DNA from: Gammaproteobacteria bacterium
GTDB lineage: Bacteria > Pseudomonadota > Gammaproteobacteria > GCA-2400775
Length of the DNA: 64,000 nt
Direction of reading: 5' to 3'
Assembly (NCBI GenBank): GCA_013151045.1
Contig: JAADIY010000042.1
Location: 20,153-84,152, forward strand
Each line of letters opens with the position of its first letter. Positions within the stretch are counted from its first letter, which is position 1. The notes beneath the pieces are model-generated. The model saw only the letters and a program-made list of their open reading frames with translations, did no database searches and had not been told where the DNA came from. This document shows positions 19,606 through 29,870 of this stretch, piece by piece. The translations under genes and the position numbers were made by a program.

Positions 19606-22600
19606 GATGCGCTGGACTCCTCAAGTAAGGTCTGTTCATTAACTGTGCTACACGGTTGGCTACGCCACTCGTCATCATCACCGTCATAAATATGAATTTC
19701 AGCTGTTTCTGGATCAACCACCATTAAACGAACCCAGCCATTACGTACTAGATGTTTAACTGAAACAACGGCGTCTATCGCACGTTTGGCATGAGTAAGA
19801 GGCGCCTCTATAAGAGTAATAAGCCGTATCGGCTCATGATAAGGCAACCCTTTATCAAGCACCGTTTGTGATGGTAGACCTGTACGTAGATCACTTAGGT
19901 TACCGGTCATAACGCCAAAACGGCCAGCAACATTATGGTATGCCTTACTGCCGCTACCAAAGCCTTCATTGTCGACGGCTGAAAAGTAATGCTCCATATT
20001 AATCCACTGACCAACGACCAATGGTCCAGTGATAATGTTCTCTAGCAATCGACGTTTTGGATCGATCCGATAATCGTATGAATGAAGAAAAGCTCTGCCA
20101 TCCAAGTTTGCATCCTGAGTTAACTCACGACGCCCGACAATGAAATAGGCATTACGCGATAATCCCCATTCCGGACGCACTTGCGACCAATCCACAGAGT
20201 TCCTTTGCGCCTTACGATAAGCCTCTATTGCATCCATAGGCACCGGCTGTTGCTGCAAAGTAGGTAAACGTTCCTGCGCGCAAAGGTGTGACGCCGACGT
20301 TAGACCTTTGCGCAAGCGACCAAGATAAAATAAATGTGAAGGTGGTATTTGGTCAAGATCAAATAACTCTATTTCGTCAGTCGTTGTATTGTGTTGCGCT
20401 GGGACAAAGCAAGCGTCATCTGGGATATCAATACCTTGTTTGTGAAGGCGCCGACGCACTTCTGACTTATTACCCATTTGCGCTATCACCCGCGCACTAA
20501 CTATGCCATGACTACCACCACAAGCGCCGCAATCTAGGGCTGATTCATAGGGATTATTGTCCGAGGTGCTACCGTGACCAACTACCAAAATAAAGCGTGA
20601 AAAACCATCGGTCAAACCAATTGAGCTGAGTGCCTGAGCAACAAAATTAGTCTGTTCATCAAATGTAAAACCAATGCGGCCAAGCTGCTCAAGCTGAGAA
20701 TCGGCGAATGAATTATTAATTTGATATACATCACGTAGGCGTTCAACAAGCGTCTTAGTGCGGGTCGTGTCTGTGCCAAGCAATTGAGTAAGCTCGGTCA
20801 AATCCTCGCAGTTTCCTAGCGCACATTCGCGCAATCGGCGAATAATACTATCAGTGATATTTTCAGGCTTAAAATCGAGCTCTTGCTCTAGTGCTTTAAT
20901 AATGACAGTACGTTGAACCGTACGCACTACTGAATCAGCTTGCTCTAAGGTAAGCTTATCTAACAGTAATAAGGTAGGTGGTTTCGTATGATCAAAGCGC
21001 TTACGCCAAGTATTGTAGGCTTTGGGTGCAAGGGTTTTACCTATCATATCCAAGCCAAACAATAGGCCAATCGCTTCTACCGTAACAAACGGCGTTAAGA
21101 TAGATTCTTTTAAGTCGTGTAAAGCTTTTTCAAGCGTGCTCAATGCTGCCGCATCATTTGACGGAGCCGAAGGCGTCACTTCTAATACTAAGTTTTTCGG
21201 TGTCAATATGACAGGACAAAGATGGCTTTCACTGCCTTTACCTAACTCCATAAAACTCAACGGCACACCAAAGAAACCCGCTATACCAAAGGTCTGATAA
21301 TCACCTACACTCTCTAAAACCCGCCGAATACGCTCAGAACGCACATCAATACAAAATAGCGACTGTACAAAGGGGCGTTTTTCACGCTTGATCGGTGGCG
21401 CAAGCTTAATATCGTCGGTTAAGCGCGTGATGGCACATTCTTCCATACCACGAAGCCAACACATACCTTCTTGCTTTTCAAATTCACGCAAGGACTCTAA
21501 CAGCATCGACAGGTCTTCGCCTGACAATGTCATCAGCGCGTCCTTGTTGCCAGCTTGTTGCGCCAGTTGACGTAAACGTTCAGCCTGACGCGTTGCCTCA
21601 TGTTGACGTTTCACTTGAATATATTCGTCAAAGACTTGCGCTATTTTTTTCTCAGCTTGTGTGGACAGTGCCATTTCGACTTTGTGAGCCATTACCGGCA
21701 AAACCTGCCCACTGTGCATTTCATGGCTCAGATAAATTTCCTGCACCCGCGTTTCCATGGCTGAATTAATCGTGCTATTGGTATAAGCAATACGGTGCTT
21801 ACCTTGCTCTTGCAATAAAGCCAGCGCTAGCGTCATGCGTATCGCGATGAAGTCGACCAAATCTCCAGGGTACTCATTACTCCAGTGGTAATGTTTAGCG
21901 CTAGAACGCCAGCGAATAAACCCCGCCCAACCATGTAAGCGTGCAAGTTCGCGGGTAAAATAACTTGTCCAGCATTGTTCAGGAATTTCTAAAGCCTGCA
22001 TTACATGGCTGATAACCCCCTCTGGACTATCATCAACATCGAGTATTTCTTTTATGTGCAGTCGGCGCAGGAAGAATCTGACGTTGCGGCGAGCCACATG
22101 TCTCCAAGCAGCAAAAAAACCACGTTTACGCTCTGGCATAGACCAAACTGACTGCCCTTCATCAAAGAAATCAAGACAACTTTTCACCATTAACTCATCG
22201 AGGTCAGCACTAATCTCGGTGCCATAAAGCGCGTCTACCGATTCATAAACAGGTCGATCGCCCAATAATTGTTCACGCAATTGCTCAACAAGAAATTCTT
22301 CGCTAATATTAGCGCTACTTGAGAGCGCAACACCTGACAAGACAGCTTGCACATCATTGGCATCAGTCAATGTGTTTGCAAGCATAACTGGGTTTTCAGT
22401 CTTGGTAATTAGGGTGAGCAGCCAATGCTCAAGGTTTATTCCTGGGATATCAGGACGCGCTTTGACAAAGTCAGCAATAACCAGTTCGAGTTTCTTCTGA
22501 TCAATTTTCCCCTTCGCCAGATAATCTTGATAAATACGGCGGTGTAGAAAACTATCAGCATGAAATATTTTGCTGCCTTTTTCCACTGCTTCAGCAAAAG

Positions 22601-22733
22601 GCAGATGCTCCAAACCATGCAATGGATTGTGATGAATAAATGAGCGCATAGGCCAGAAAAAAGGTACTGGCTCTGCTGCCACATAAATCATGGAGCGTAT
22701 TTTTAATTTTTCACCTAAGGCAAGACTCATCAC
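19602..22733 (-). CDS. dabA: DabA / DUF2309 inorganic carbon transporter catalytic subunit (beta-CA-like)
   Basis: 'FIHHNPLHG', Zn ligands in CIDVRSE, GHGS and LDCGAC; 'WSQVRPEWGL', 'FLHSYD', 'WINMEHYFS'. Confidence 0.93.
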   Translation of the reverse strand: MMSLALGEKLKIRSMIYVAAEPVPFFWPMRSFIHHNPLHGLEHLPFAEAVEKGSKIFHADSFLHRRIYQDYLAKGKIDQKKLELVIADFVKARPDIPGINLEHWLLTLITKTENPVMLANTLTDANDVQAVLSGVALSSSANISEEFLVEQLREQLLGDRPVYESVDALYGTEISADLDELMVKSCLDFFDEGQSVWSMPERKRGFFAAWRHVARRNVRFFLRRLHIKEILDVDDSPEGVISHVMQALEIPEQCWTSYFTRELARLHGWAGFIRWRSSAKHYHWSNEYPGDLVDFIAIRMTLALALLQEQGKHRIAYTNSTINSAMETRVQEIYLSHEMHSGQVLPVMAHKVEMALSTQAEKKIAQVFDEYIQVKRQHEATRQAERLRQLAQQAGNKDALMTLSGEDLSMLLESLREFEKQEGMCWLRGMEECAITRLTDDIKLAPPIKREKRPFVQSLFCIDVRSERIRRVLESVGDYQTFGIAGFFGVPLSFMELGKGSESHLCPVILTPKNLVLEVTPSAPSNDAAALSTLEKALHDLKESILTPFVTVEAIGLLFGLDMIGKTLAPKAYNTWRKRFDHTKPPTLLLLDKLTLEQADSVVRTVQRTVIIKALEQELDFKPENITDSIIRRLRECALGNCEDLTELTQLLGTDTTRTKTLVERLRDVYQINNSFADSQLEQLGRIGFTFDEQTNFVAQALSSIGLTDGFSRFILVVGHGSTSDNNPYESALDCGACGGSHGIVSARVIAQMGNKSEVRRRLHKQGIDIPDDACFVPAQHNTTTDEIELFDLDQIPPSHLFYLGRLRKGLTSASHLCAQERLPTLQQQPVPMDAIEAYRKAQRNSVDWSQVRPEWGLSRNAYFIVGRRELTQDANLDGRAFLHSYDYRIDPKRRLLENIITGPLVVGQWINMEHYFSAVDNEGFGSGSKAYHNVAGRFGVMTGNLSDLRTGLPSQTVLDKGLPYHEPIRLITLIEAPLTHAKRAIDAVVSVKHLVRNGWVRLMVVDPETAEIHIYDGDDDEWRSQPCSTVNEQTLLEESSAS

Positions 22734-23485
22734 AAGTTACCAATTGAATAAGTTCCACTAATCACTAACAAAATTAGTATTACCGAATAGACCCATGTGC
22801 CGTTTAGACTAAGATCCGTTTTTACTTCATCTTGAGCTGGGCCAACTATAATGCCCTGCAGCAAGCGCGCGCCGGCCCAGCTCCATAGCAACCATATCAC
22901 CGCGACAGTCACCGCCGCGAAAAATGAGTGAGGACTCAACCCTATAATTGCTGCCATCATGACCGAAAATCCCGGAAAAAAAGGTGTCGCAACAATCGCC
23001 AATACCACAAACACCAACACCCCACTGAGGCGCGGCAGACTTAATGCCAATCCACCGTACAAGCCGGTATAAGCTGCACCAAATCGCTTTTCCAACTCAC
23101 CACTAAGCAGGACTAACAATGCAAGTGGCACACTCAATGCCAAGGCATATAACGCTACCTTAGAGAAATCAGTCTGTCCATCCATTAGCAACCAAAGAAT
23201 TGCCCAAGTAGAGGTGGCGATAAAACTCGTCCAAACCCCCACTTCACGCAATGCTAAAGCTCTAAAAGCGTAAAGTAGCGCGCTACCCAATGCCCAAAAA
23301 ATCACCCAGTCTGGTATCTCGACACTGGCAGTATGTGCGATAACAAGACCAATCTGAGGCCAAATTAATAACAATACCACTCGCAAATTAGCAATACGTA
23401 TGCGCTGAAACACCTCATTAAAAACCATACTTAACGGAAATAGGGGTAAGAATAACCCGACAAGCAGCAACAAACCTTCAGTCAT
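22730..23485 (-). CDS. Multi-pass membrane protein resembling a NuoM/MrpD half-module; putative DAB subunit
   Basis: About 7-8 hydrophobic helices; 'YGGLALSLPRL', 'ATPFFPGF' resemble antiporter-like subunit motifs; coupled to both dabB and dabA. Confidence 0.65.
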   Translation of the reverse strand: MTEGLLLLVGLFLPLFPLSMVFNEVFQRIRIANLRVVLLLIWPQIGLVIAHTASVEIPDWVIFWALGSALLYAFRALALREVGVWTSFIATSTWAILWLLMDGQTDFSKVALYALALSVPLALLVLLSGELEKRFGAAYTGLYGGLALSLPRLSGVLVFVVLAIVATPFFPGFSVMMAAIIGLSPHSFFAAVTVAVIWLLWSWAGARLLQGIIVGPAQDEVKTDLSLNGTWVYSVILILLVISGTYSIGNL

Positions 23486-23486
23486 G

Positions 23487-25169
23487 CTAACGCCACCTCA
23501 ATAGAATATTGAGCCGTGAGGAGGCTTTGAGCAACATTCGCGTTAAGCTTGCGTAAATATCGATCATGTAGAACTCTCTAGAAACTAACGCATAAAAGCT
23601 AGTCCACAGTTGGCCTATTCTTTCTTGACCAGGCTTGCCATTTTGTTCTGAATAATATTTCCGTAACCAGCCGCCGACAATAACCACTGTAGTAAGAACA
23701 ACCAACACATCAAACCAGAATATATCGATGCCCGCAGCAATATACATTTGCGAACTGAATTCCGGATCTGGGTATAAAAACGAATCAAAGGCGTGACTGA
23801 TCAGCGCGTAGCCCAAAACAATGACCGCGAAAGACAAGACAATCACTCCCACCAAACGCCAAACATTTTGTGCACCCATACGATAGGTAGTAAATAGCAA
23901 TTGCGCACCCGTTACCCAACCAAAAAAGAGCAATACGATTGCACCCTGTTTTTGGAAGAAGTCTTGAGCAACCAACCAATGAGCGAAAATTAATATGATA
24001 ATCGGAACGATGAGGGTGATTCCCGCCATGAGCAACCAGGGCTGGTAACGCTTGGCAATACGGTGTTCTACAACAAAGGTATAAAGCCCGTCTTTAGGCA
24101 CCCCGTCGCTTTTACGTGCCTCATTGATGACAGTACCGGCACCAAGAAACAAGGTGCCTTTGAATAGTCCATGAGCGATCAAATGATAAATGGCTAGCGA
24201 AAATGCGCCAACGCCACATTCCATAATCATAAAACCCATTTGGCCCATGGTGGAATAGCCAAGTGCTTTCTTGATGTCATTTTGCGTCAGCATCAACACC
24301 GAACCAATGATCGCGGTCACCAATCCCACCACAAACAGCAAGTGCAAAACACTGTCAGTATGAATAAATACTGTGGCAAAACGATTAATGAGAAACCCAC
24401 CAGCGTTAACAATACCGGCGTGCATTAGCGCCGACACTGGCGTCGGGCCATCCATGGTGTAAGGCAACCAGGTATGGAGGAAAAACTGTGCAGAACGAGC
24501 AAACGCTGCGATTGCCAGTAATATTCCGACAAGCTCTTCTAGGGCAAAACCGAAATACTCATGGGCACCTGGGTTTTCCGTAATTTGGGCAAAAATATCC
24601 GCTAGCGTCCAAGTACCAAAAGCATGGAACAACAATGCGGCAGCCAATACCAGAGCAATATCACCAATACGATAGGTAATCAATGTCCAGAAGGCATAAC
24701 GGTAGGCGGTTTTACTACTCGAGTCGAAACCCAGCAAAAAGTACAGCAACACACCCACTAAGTGCCAAGCGACGATTAGAGTAAGCAAATCACCGGCGGC
24801 AACCATAATCAAAAGGCTTGCCGTCATTAGGTCCAGCAGCATAAAGAAGCGGCCGTAACCTTGTTCCTCAATCATATAGCGCACGGAGTACATCCGCACA
24901 ATCAGACTGATACCAGCGATAAGCAGCCCCATCAATGTGCTTAATGGATCGGCAAGTAAAATGCCCCAGGTGCCGCCAATGGCAACTTGGTTAGCATCGT
25001 TGCCACTCATGGCTTGCGCCAATAACACCGCTGCTATAACAAACGAGAATACTGCAAACGTTACGCTTAGTTTGGCCACTCGTTGGCCAAGTTGGCCGTA
25101 AGCAAGGTGATTAATTAAAGCTGCTAGTAGCGGCAACGTCGGTACTAAAATAATTAATAGTTGTTCCAT
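23487..25169 (-). CDS. dabB: DabB NuoL/MrpA-like membrane subunit
   Basis: 'YRIGD', 'SAQFFLHTWLP', 'PTPVSALMHAG', 'YSTMGQMGFM', 'HLIAHGLFKGTLFL'. Confidence 0.92.
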   Translation of the reverse strand: MEQLLIILVPTLPLLAALINHLAYGQLGQRVAKLSVTFAVFSFVIAAVLLAQAMSGNDANQVAIGGTWGILLADPLSTLMGLLIAGISLIVRMYSVRYMIEEQGYGRFFMLLDLMTASLLIMVAAGDLLTLIVAWHLVGVLLYFLLGFDSSSKTAYRYAFWTLITYRIGDIALVLAAALLFHAFGTWTLADIFAQITENPGAHEYFGFALEELVGILLAIAAFARSAQFFLHTWLPYTMDGPTPVSALMHAGIVNAGGFLINRFATVFIHTDSVLHLLFVVGLVTAIIGSVLMLTQNDIKKALGYSTMGQMGFMIMECGVGAFSLAIYHLIAHGLFKGTLFLGAGTVINEARKSDGVPKDGLYTFVVEHRIAKRYQPWLLMAGITLIVPIIILIFAHWLVAQDFFQKQGAIVLLFFGWVTGAQLLFTTYRMGAQNVWRLVGVIVLSFAVIVLGYALISHAFDSFLYPDPEFSSQMYIAAGIDIFWFDVLVVLTTVVIVGGWLRKYYSEQNGKPGQERIGQLWTSFYALVSREFYMIDIYASLTRMLLKASSRLNILLRWR

Positions 25170-25319
25170 AACGCTAAACTATACCCAGTTAAAAAACTGT
25201 GTGAAATTTACAAACGCATAACGCCAATGTATTAGCCTATTGCTACTATATTGCTGTGCTTCAGCCATTATCATTACCTACATATCCGTCCAACCTAATA
25301 TATTAGGTCTTATTTTTAT

Positions 25320-25934
25320 TTAAATTCCTGATAAGTTTTCTATCGCACGAATTGCTGCTTCTGCTGCCGCATCAATGTCTGCTTCTTTTCCAGCCAAGGT
25401 CAGCCGTCCAAATGCTCCCACCGCTTTCGCATCAACCAGCGTTATATTAGCAGCCTTTTCAGCTTCGTTGGCGGCGTATACTATATACCCTGCTGGTTCA
25501 GTTTCAAGTATGAACATGCTCTGGCCTGGCAAAATCATTGATCCACGACGCTCTTGGCGATTAATCAATACGGCATGGTCAGGCGTGATAGAACGTACAA
25601 TTTCTTTCCAGGCGATACGACATTTTTGTCTTTGGTTTTCTTCCGTGCGTAAACGGCCTAATACCGCACGACCCGCTTCGATCACATCGCTCTGGTCACG
25701 GTGATGAAAAACCATAGAACCAAACGCGCGCTCGATAACCTGTGAACCTAAGTGAACACGTGTTGCTTTTAAGGCCACGTCTGTCAATTGATGTACTGAC
25801 ATACCTGGCGCAACTTCCATCCATAAACAGGAATCACCTGGAATAGGTAAGAAACCTTGTGAGACGGTTCCCATATAGACGGCGAGCTGCGGCTGCAACG
25901 AGTCTATGTAAACATATGTGCGTAACTTAATCAT
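25320..25934 (-). CDS. csoS1D: Tandem-BMC shell trimer CsoS1D
   Basis: '[15 protein letters not shown]', 'ERAFGSM', 'LETEPAGY', '[10 protein letters not shown]'. Confidence 0.93.
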   Translation of the reverse strand: MIKLRTYVYIDSLQPQLAVYMGTVSQGFLPIPGDSCLWMEVAPGMSVHQLTDVALKATRVHLGSQVIERAFGSMVFHHRDQSDVIEAGRAVLGRLRTEENQRQKCRIAWKEIVRSITPDHAVLINRQERRGSMILPGQSMFILETEPAGYIVYAANEAEKAANITLVDAKAVGAFGRLTLAGKEADIDAAAEAAIRAIENLSGI

Positions 25935-25935
25935 A

Positions 25936-26964
25936 CTACGTCGCTGAACCCTGACCTCTAATCGGCTTCTTATGTACCGATAGCTCGTTTAATAATGATT
26001 GCATACGAGCACTAATAATAGGCTCACTAGATAGAGCAAACTCTAAGAAAGTTTTTGCAATGAGTGACAACTCTTTGTCTTTTGGGTGCACAATGTACCA
26101 TTTACGCTGAATAGGAAACCCTTGTACATCTAACATTGCTATCGGACCGCTAGCACCTTCTAATGTTAAGGTGTGTAACGATGAAATCGTTAATCCTAAA
26201 CCACCGACTACCGCATGCTTAATCGCTTCATTACTGCCAAGCTCCATACGCACATTGGGGACAATGCCATGCTCTGCAAAAACTTTCATCGCAGCATCAC
26301 GAATTCCTGAGCCAACTTCACGAAAAACAAAGGTTTCTTTCGCCAATCTTTCAATCGAAATATTGGTCTCTTTACATAAAGGATGATCTTTCGGTGCCAT
26401 AACCACCAATGGATTTGGCGCGAAACAATGCGCTTCGATGTGCGACTCTAATTTAGTCGGCAATTGACCCAGTATATAAAGATCATCTTCATTGTTTTGA
26501 ATTCTCTCTATTATTTCATCACGATTAGGCACTTTTAACGTCACATCAATCGCATTATGTTTACGACAAAAATCACCTAATATTTCTGGTGTGAAATATT
26601 TTGCAGTTGTAACAACTGCTAAACGCAAGCGACCTCGTTGCAGACCTTTAAGCCCAGCTAAACGCGTATCGAGATCGGATAAACAATCAAAAATTTGTCT
26701 AATCGCTTGGTATAAATCATTACCTGCATCAGTCGGTTTAATAGAACGACCTGATTGATCTAGCAAAGGCAGGCCCATCACATTAGTGAGCTTCTTAATC
26801 TGCGATGAAACAGTCGGCTGTGTTAGGAAGAGCTCTTCAGCTGCACGTGTAAAACTACCTAATCGCACAATCGCTTCAAAAATCTGCATCTGCCGAAAAG
26901 TGGTATGACGAATGAGATAGTCTGGAAGACCACCTTTAAATCGCAAGTTATTATTATCCGTCAT
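25936..26964 (-). CDS. cbbR: LysR regulator CbbR (CmpR/NdhR/RbcR-like)
   Basis: HTH '[17 protein letters not shown]', 'VVTTAKYF', 'REVGSGIR', '[10 protein letters not shown]'. Confidence 0.88.
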   Translation of the reverse strand: MTDNNNLRFKGGLPDYLIRHTTFRQMQIFEAIVRLGSFTRAAEELFLTQPTVSSQIKKLTNVMGLPLLDQSGRSIKPTDAGNDLYQAIRQIFDCLSDLDTRLAGLKGLQRGRLRLAVVTTAKYFTPEILGDFCRKHNAIDVTLKVPNRDEIIERIQNNEDDLYILGQLPTKLESHIEAHCFAPNPLVVMAPKDHPLCKETNISIERLAKETFVFREVGSGIRDAAMKVFAEHGIVPNVRMELGSNEAIKHAVVGGLGLTISSLHTLTLEGASGPIAMLDVQGFPIQRKWYIVHPKDKELSLIAKTFLEFALSSEPIISARMQSLLNELSVHKKPIRGQGSAT

Positions 26965-27007
26965 AGTTAGTATTCACACGCGCTTAATAGGTTTCAAAAG
27001 ACCCAAG

Positions 27008-27328
27008 CTAGCGCATACGCTCATCAAATTTTTCAGGTGAAAGCACATCAATATCAACGATAAACACAGTGAGGTGATGGCCTTTTTTTATTTTTCTTTC
27101 GAGACTATCTAACATTGCCGGTAAGCGATCAGGCGGGATAATCACTTTAATCATGATGTTAGCATCAAAACCAGTCATATCTGAGCGAATACCTGACGAT
27201 CCTTCTCCTTGAGCTCTTAATACCGTATAACCGCTAGCGCCATATTTTCTAAAAGAATCAACTAGCTTTCCCTCTAGAGCATCAATAGTAATAATGTTCA
27301 GTAGTTTTTCTGGAAACAGTCTATCCAT
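27008..27328 (-). CDS. sbtB: PII-like SbtB protein
   Basis: 'GASGYTV..AQGEGSSG', 'VLSPEKF'; directly after sbtA; GGAGG RBS before MDRLF. Confidence 0.8.
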   Translation of the reverse strand: MDRLFPEKLLNIITIDALEGKLVDSFRKYGASGYTVLRAQGEGSSGIRSDMTGFDANIMIKVIIPPDRLPAMLDSLERKIKKGHHLTVFIVDIDVLSPEKFDERMR

Positions 27329-27354
27329 TGTTACCTCCATTCTTTATTTTCACT

Positions 27355-28374
27355 TTAAGCTGTAACAACTTGGGCTAGTTTGTGAAACAAAGGAATGCCA
27401 ACAATCACATTAAATGGGAATGTGATACCAAGAGAAAGTGTCAAATAATAAGACGGGTTGGCTTCCGGCACAGCCAGACGCATAGCTGGAGGAACAGCAA
27501 TGTATGATGCACTAGCTGCCAAAACAGCGACTAAGGTTGTTCCACCGATACTGAAACCGAGCATATACGTGCCGACATAAACGCCGATGACTCCGCCAAT
27601 AAGCGGCATGACAATACCGAATAAGGCTAAGAGCACCCCTACCTGACGTAAATCACCTAAACGTTGGCCCGCGACATGACCCATCTCGAATAAAAATAAA
27701 CATAACACACCCATGAAAATTTCTTCGATGAATGGCTCTAATTTATCCATGCTTGACGGTATAGCAATTGCGCCAATGATCATTGAACCCATCAAGATCA
27801 CAACACTACCATTGGTAAAGGCATCCTTTAATAAATGGCCAAAACTATTATCATCACCATCTATATCATCAGTAGCATCTTGTACGATACCGGCTTTTGC
27901 TTCTCGCGCTGCAATAGTCTGTCGTGCTTTAGCTGCAAGTAATAGCCCGACGACAATTGCGGGCGTCTCCATGATTGCCAGCATAATCAGCGGATAGTTT
28001 TCGTATTCGATACCAGCATGATCAAGATAAGCAATAGCGGTAAGAAAAGTACCTGCACTCACCGAGCCATAATGCGCCGAGATTGCAGCCGCATCGAGCA
28101 AACTGACTTTTCTACTAACCAATAAAATAACATAACCAATTATAGGCAGCGAAAAACCCATAATCAGCGCCCACATAACAGAGTTTAAGGCAATGAAAAG
28201 ATCTGCATTGGCTAAGGCATAACCACCATGCAAACCAATAGCCATGAGCAAGTATATTGATAATACTTTGGCAAGATCTGGAGGAAAGCGTAAATCGGAT
28301 TTAACAATACGTGCTACCACGCCAAGCACAAAAAAGAGTACTGCTGGCAATAACAAATTACTTAAACTTGACAT
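27355..28374 (-). CDS. sbtA: Sodium-dependent bicarbonate transporter (SbtA/DUF897)
   Basis: 'KSDLRFP', 'AHYGSVSAGTF', 'ASASYIAVPPAMRLAVPEAN', 'GITFPFN'. Confidence 0.9.
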   Translation of the reverse strand: MSSLSNLLLPAVLFFVLGVVARIVKSDLRFPPDLAKVLSIYLLMAIGLHGGYALANADLFIALNSVMWALIMGFSLPIIGYVILLVSRKVSLLDAAAISAHYGSVSAGTFLTAIAYLDHAGIEYENYPLIMLAIMETPAIVVGLLLAAKARQTIAAREAKAGIVQDATDDIDGDDNSFGHLLKDAFTNGSVVILMGSMIIGAIAIPSSMDKLEPFIEEIFMGVLCLFLFEMGHVAGQRLGDLRQVGVLLALFGIVMPLIGGVIGVYVGTYMLGFSIGGTTLVAVLAASASYIAVPPAMRLAVPEANPSYYLTLSLGITFPFNVIVGIPLFHKLAQVVTA

Positions 28375-28499
28375 TGCTTACCTCAATCTATCGTTAAATA
28401 AACGCAGTTATTGCGTATATTTAATCCTGTAGGAAAATCTGGATTTGCATGTCAGTGTAAAGCCCATATCGAATCACCACACAGAAAACCTAATCTAGA

Positions 28500-28682
28500 T
28501 TAGTCCGGCCATACACGGCGTGAGCTAAAACCTAACACTGCATGCCTAGAAACTAATTTTGAACTCACTGCCTTCGCTGCCGCAGGCTTTTTTTCCTTTA
28601 CAGTAGACCCAGCTTTAGATTGGGTTCTCGGCTGCGCCTTGGTGTTAGTTGTACTTTTTATCGTCTTCTTAACCGTTGTCAT
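28500..28682 (-). CDS. Second McdB-like protein inside the cso operon
   Basis: Lys/Thr-rich disordered 60 aa ending SRRVWPD; ATGA overlap with acRAF. Confidence 0.75.
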   Translation of the reverse strand: MTTVKKTIKSTTNTKAQPRTQSKAGSTVKEKKPAAAKAVSSKLVSRHAVLGFSSRRVWPD

Positions 28683-28969
28683 CTCAACTCCTCATCTGCA
28701 TCGTTTAACGATGCAGGCACAATATCGTCAATCAGTTGTGCAAAACGTATTAGCTTTTCACCCAGCTCTGTCTCACCGTCTTCTAAATGCAATGCAATAG
28801 AAACGTGCGTTCGACTAAAACTCAAGTCTGGGTAACAATTTTCCGCCTCAGAAATTTCTGCTGACCGATCTAAAAAATCTCGAGTCTGATCATAATCACT
28901 AAATTCGATTCGACGTTCTAAACGCAACGGGCGCTTACGTTCGATCCAATTTTCGCTAATTACTGACAT
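28679..28969 (-). CDS. acRAF / pterin-4a-carbinolamine dehydratase-like Rubisco assembly factor
   Basis: 'W.ERKRPLRLERRIEF..Y..TRDFLD', 'YPDLSF'. Confidence 0.88.
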   Translation of the reverse strand: MSVISENWIERKRPLRLERRIEFSDYDQTRDFLDRSAEISEAENCYPDLSFSRTHVSIALHLEDGETELGEKLIRFAQLIDDIVPASLNDADEELR

Positions 28970-28988
28970 ACTCTTTACTCACTATGAG

Positions 28989-29444
28989 CTAGTTGCTGGC
29001 AGTTTGTTGCCACCAACTCTCAAAACACTCCGCATGCACTTGCTCTTCTTTCAATAACTCTTCAAAGAAAATGCGATTATCATCGTCCTTAGTCGTTACG
29101 CAGTGGCGAACCGCCTGCGTATAGAACCCGACAATTTCGTTTTCAAACCGCTTACAATACTGCATTAACTCAGGCAGTGAACCATCTAAGTGAGTAGCCC
29201 TTAAATTACTCGCATTCGGTGCGCCACCTAATGCCAACATACGGCCAATTATTCTCTCCACATGCTGCATTTCTTCGCCAGCTTCTTCGCGAAATTTATC
29301 GCTAGCAGACTTCATTCCACGCGCTTCCATTAACTTAGCCAATGCAGTGTATTGCTGCACAGCAGAGAGCTCAAAACTCAATGCGCGGCCAAGGAAACCT
29401 AGAATTGCCTGTGAATTAATCGACGAATCAATCAAGTGGATCAC
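28989..29444 (-). CDS. bfr: Carboxysome-associated bacterioferritin-like protein
   Basis: 'RALSFELSAVQQY', EExxH twice (EEMQH, EEQVH). Confidence 0.82.
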   Translation of the reverse strand: MIHLIDSSINSQAILGFLGRALSFELSAVQQYTALAKLMEARGMKSASDKFREEAGEEMQHVERIIGRMLALGGAPNASNLRATHLDGSLPELMQYCKRFENEIVGFYTQAVRHCVTTKDDDNRIFFEELLKEEQVHAECFESWWQQTASN

Positions 29445-29482
29445 TCATGCGGATAAATACTGTTAGTAAACGAATTAGAGTC

Positions 29483-29525
29483 CGGCATGGCTGGGTTACG
29501 AATTCTCGCCGCCCAGGCCATACCG
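29483..29525 (-). terminator. Stem-loop after csoS1 genes (partial terminator or mRNA stabiliser)
   Basis: CGGCATGGCTGGG ... CCCAGGCCATACCG imperfect stem without a U-tract. Confidence 0.45.
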
Positions 29526-29540
29526 CGCCTCGCCATCGTA

Positions 29541-29834
29541 TTACGCCGCGGTATTACCTAGTACTGGTTCCACTTCTTTGTGTGGACGCGCGATAATATG
29601 AGCAGCAACAAGACCGTCACCCACTCTTTCACAAGCATCCGCACCAGCACGAACTGCTGCGTTAACCGCACCGGTTTCGCCACGTACTAAAACAGTGACA
29701 TAACCACCACCAACAAATTCACGTCCGATAAGACGAACTTCTGCTGCTTTAGTCATCGCATCTGCTGCTTCAATAGCAGGAACCAGACCACGAGTTTCAA
29801 TCATACCTAATGCAATACCATATTCATTTGCCAT
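29541..29834 (-). CDS. csoS1: Alpha-carboxysome shell hexamer CsoS1
   Basis: 'GIALGMIETRGLVPAIEAADAMTKAAEV...FVGGGYVT...IIARPH'. Confidence 0.97.
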   Translation of the reverse strand: MANEYGIALGMIETRGLVPAIEAADAMTKAAEVRLIGREFVGGGYVTVLVRGETGAVNAAVRAGADACERVGDGLVAAHIIARPHKEVEPVLGNTAA

Positions 29835-29870
29835 GGATGTATCTCCTCTTGATAAAATAAATCGTTAAAA

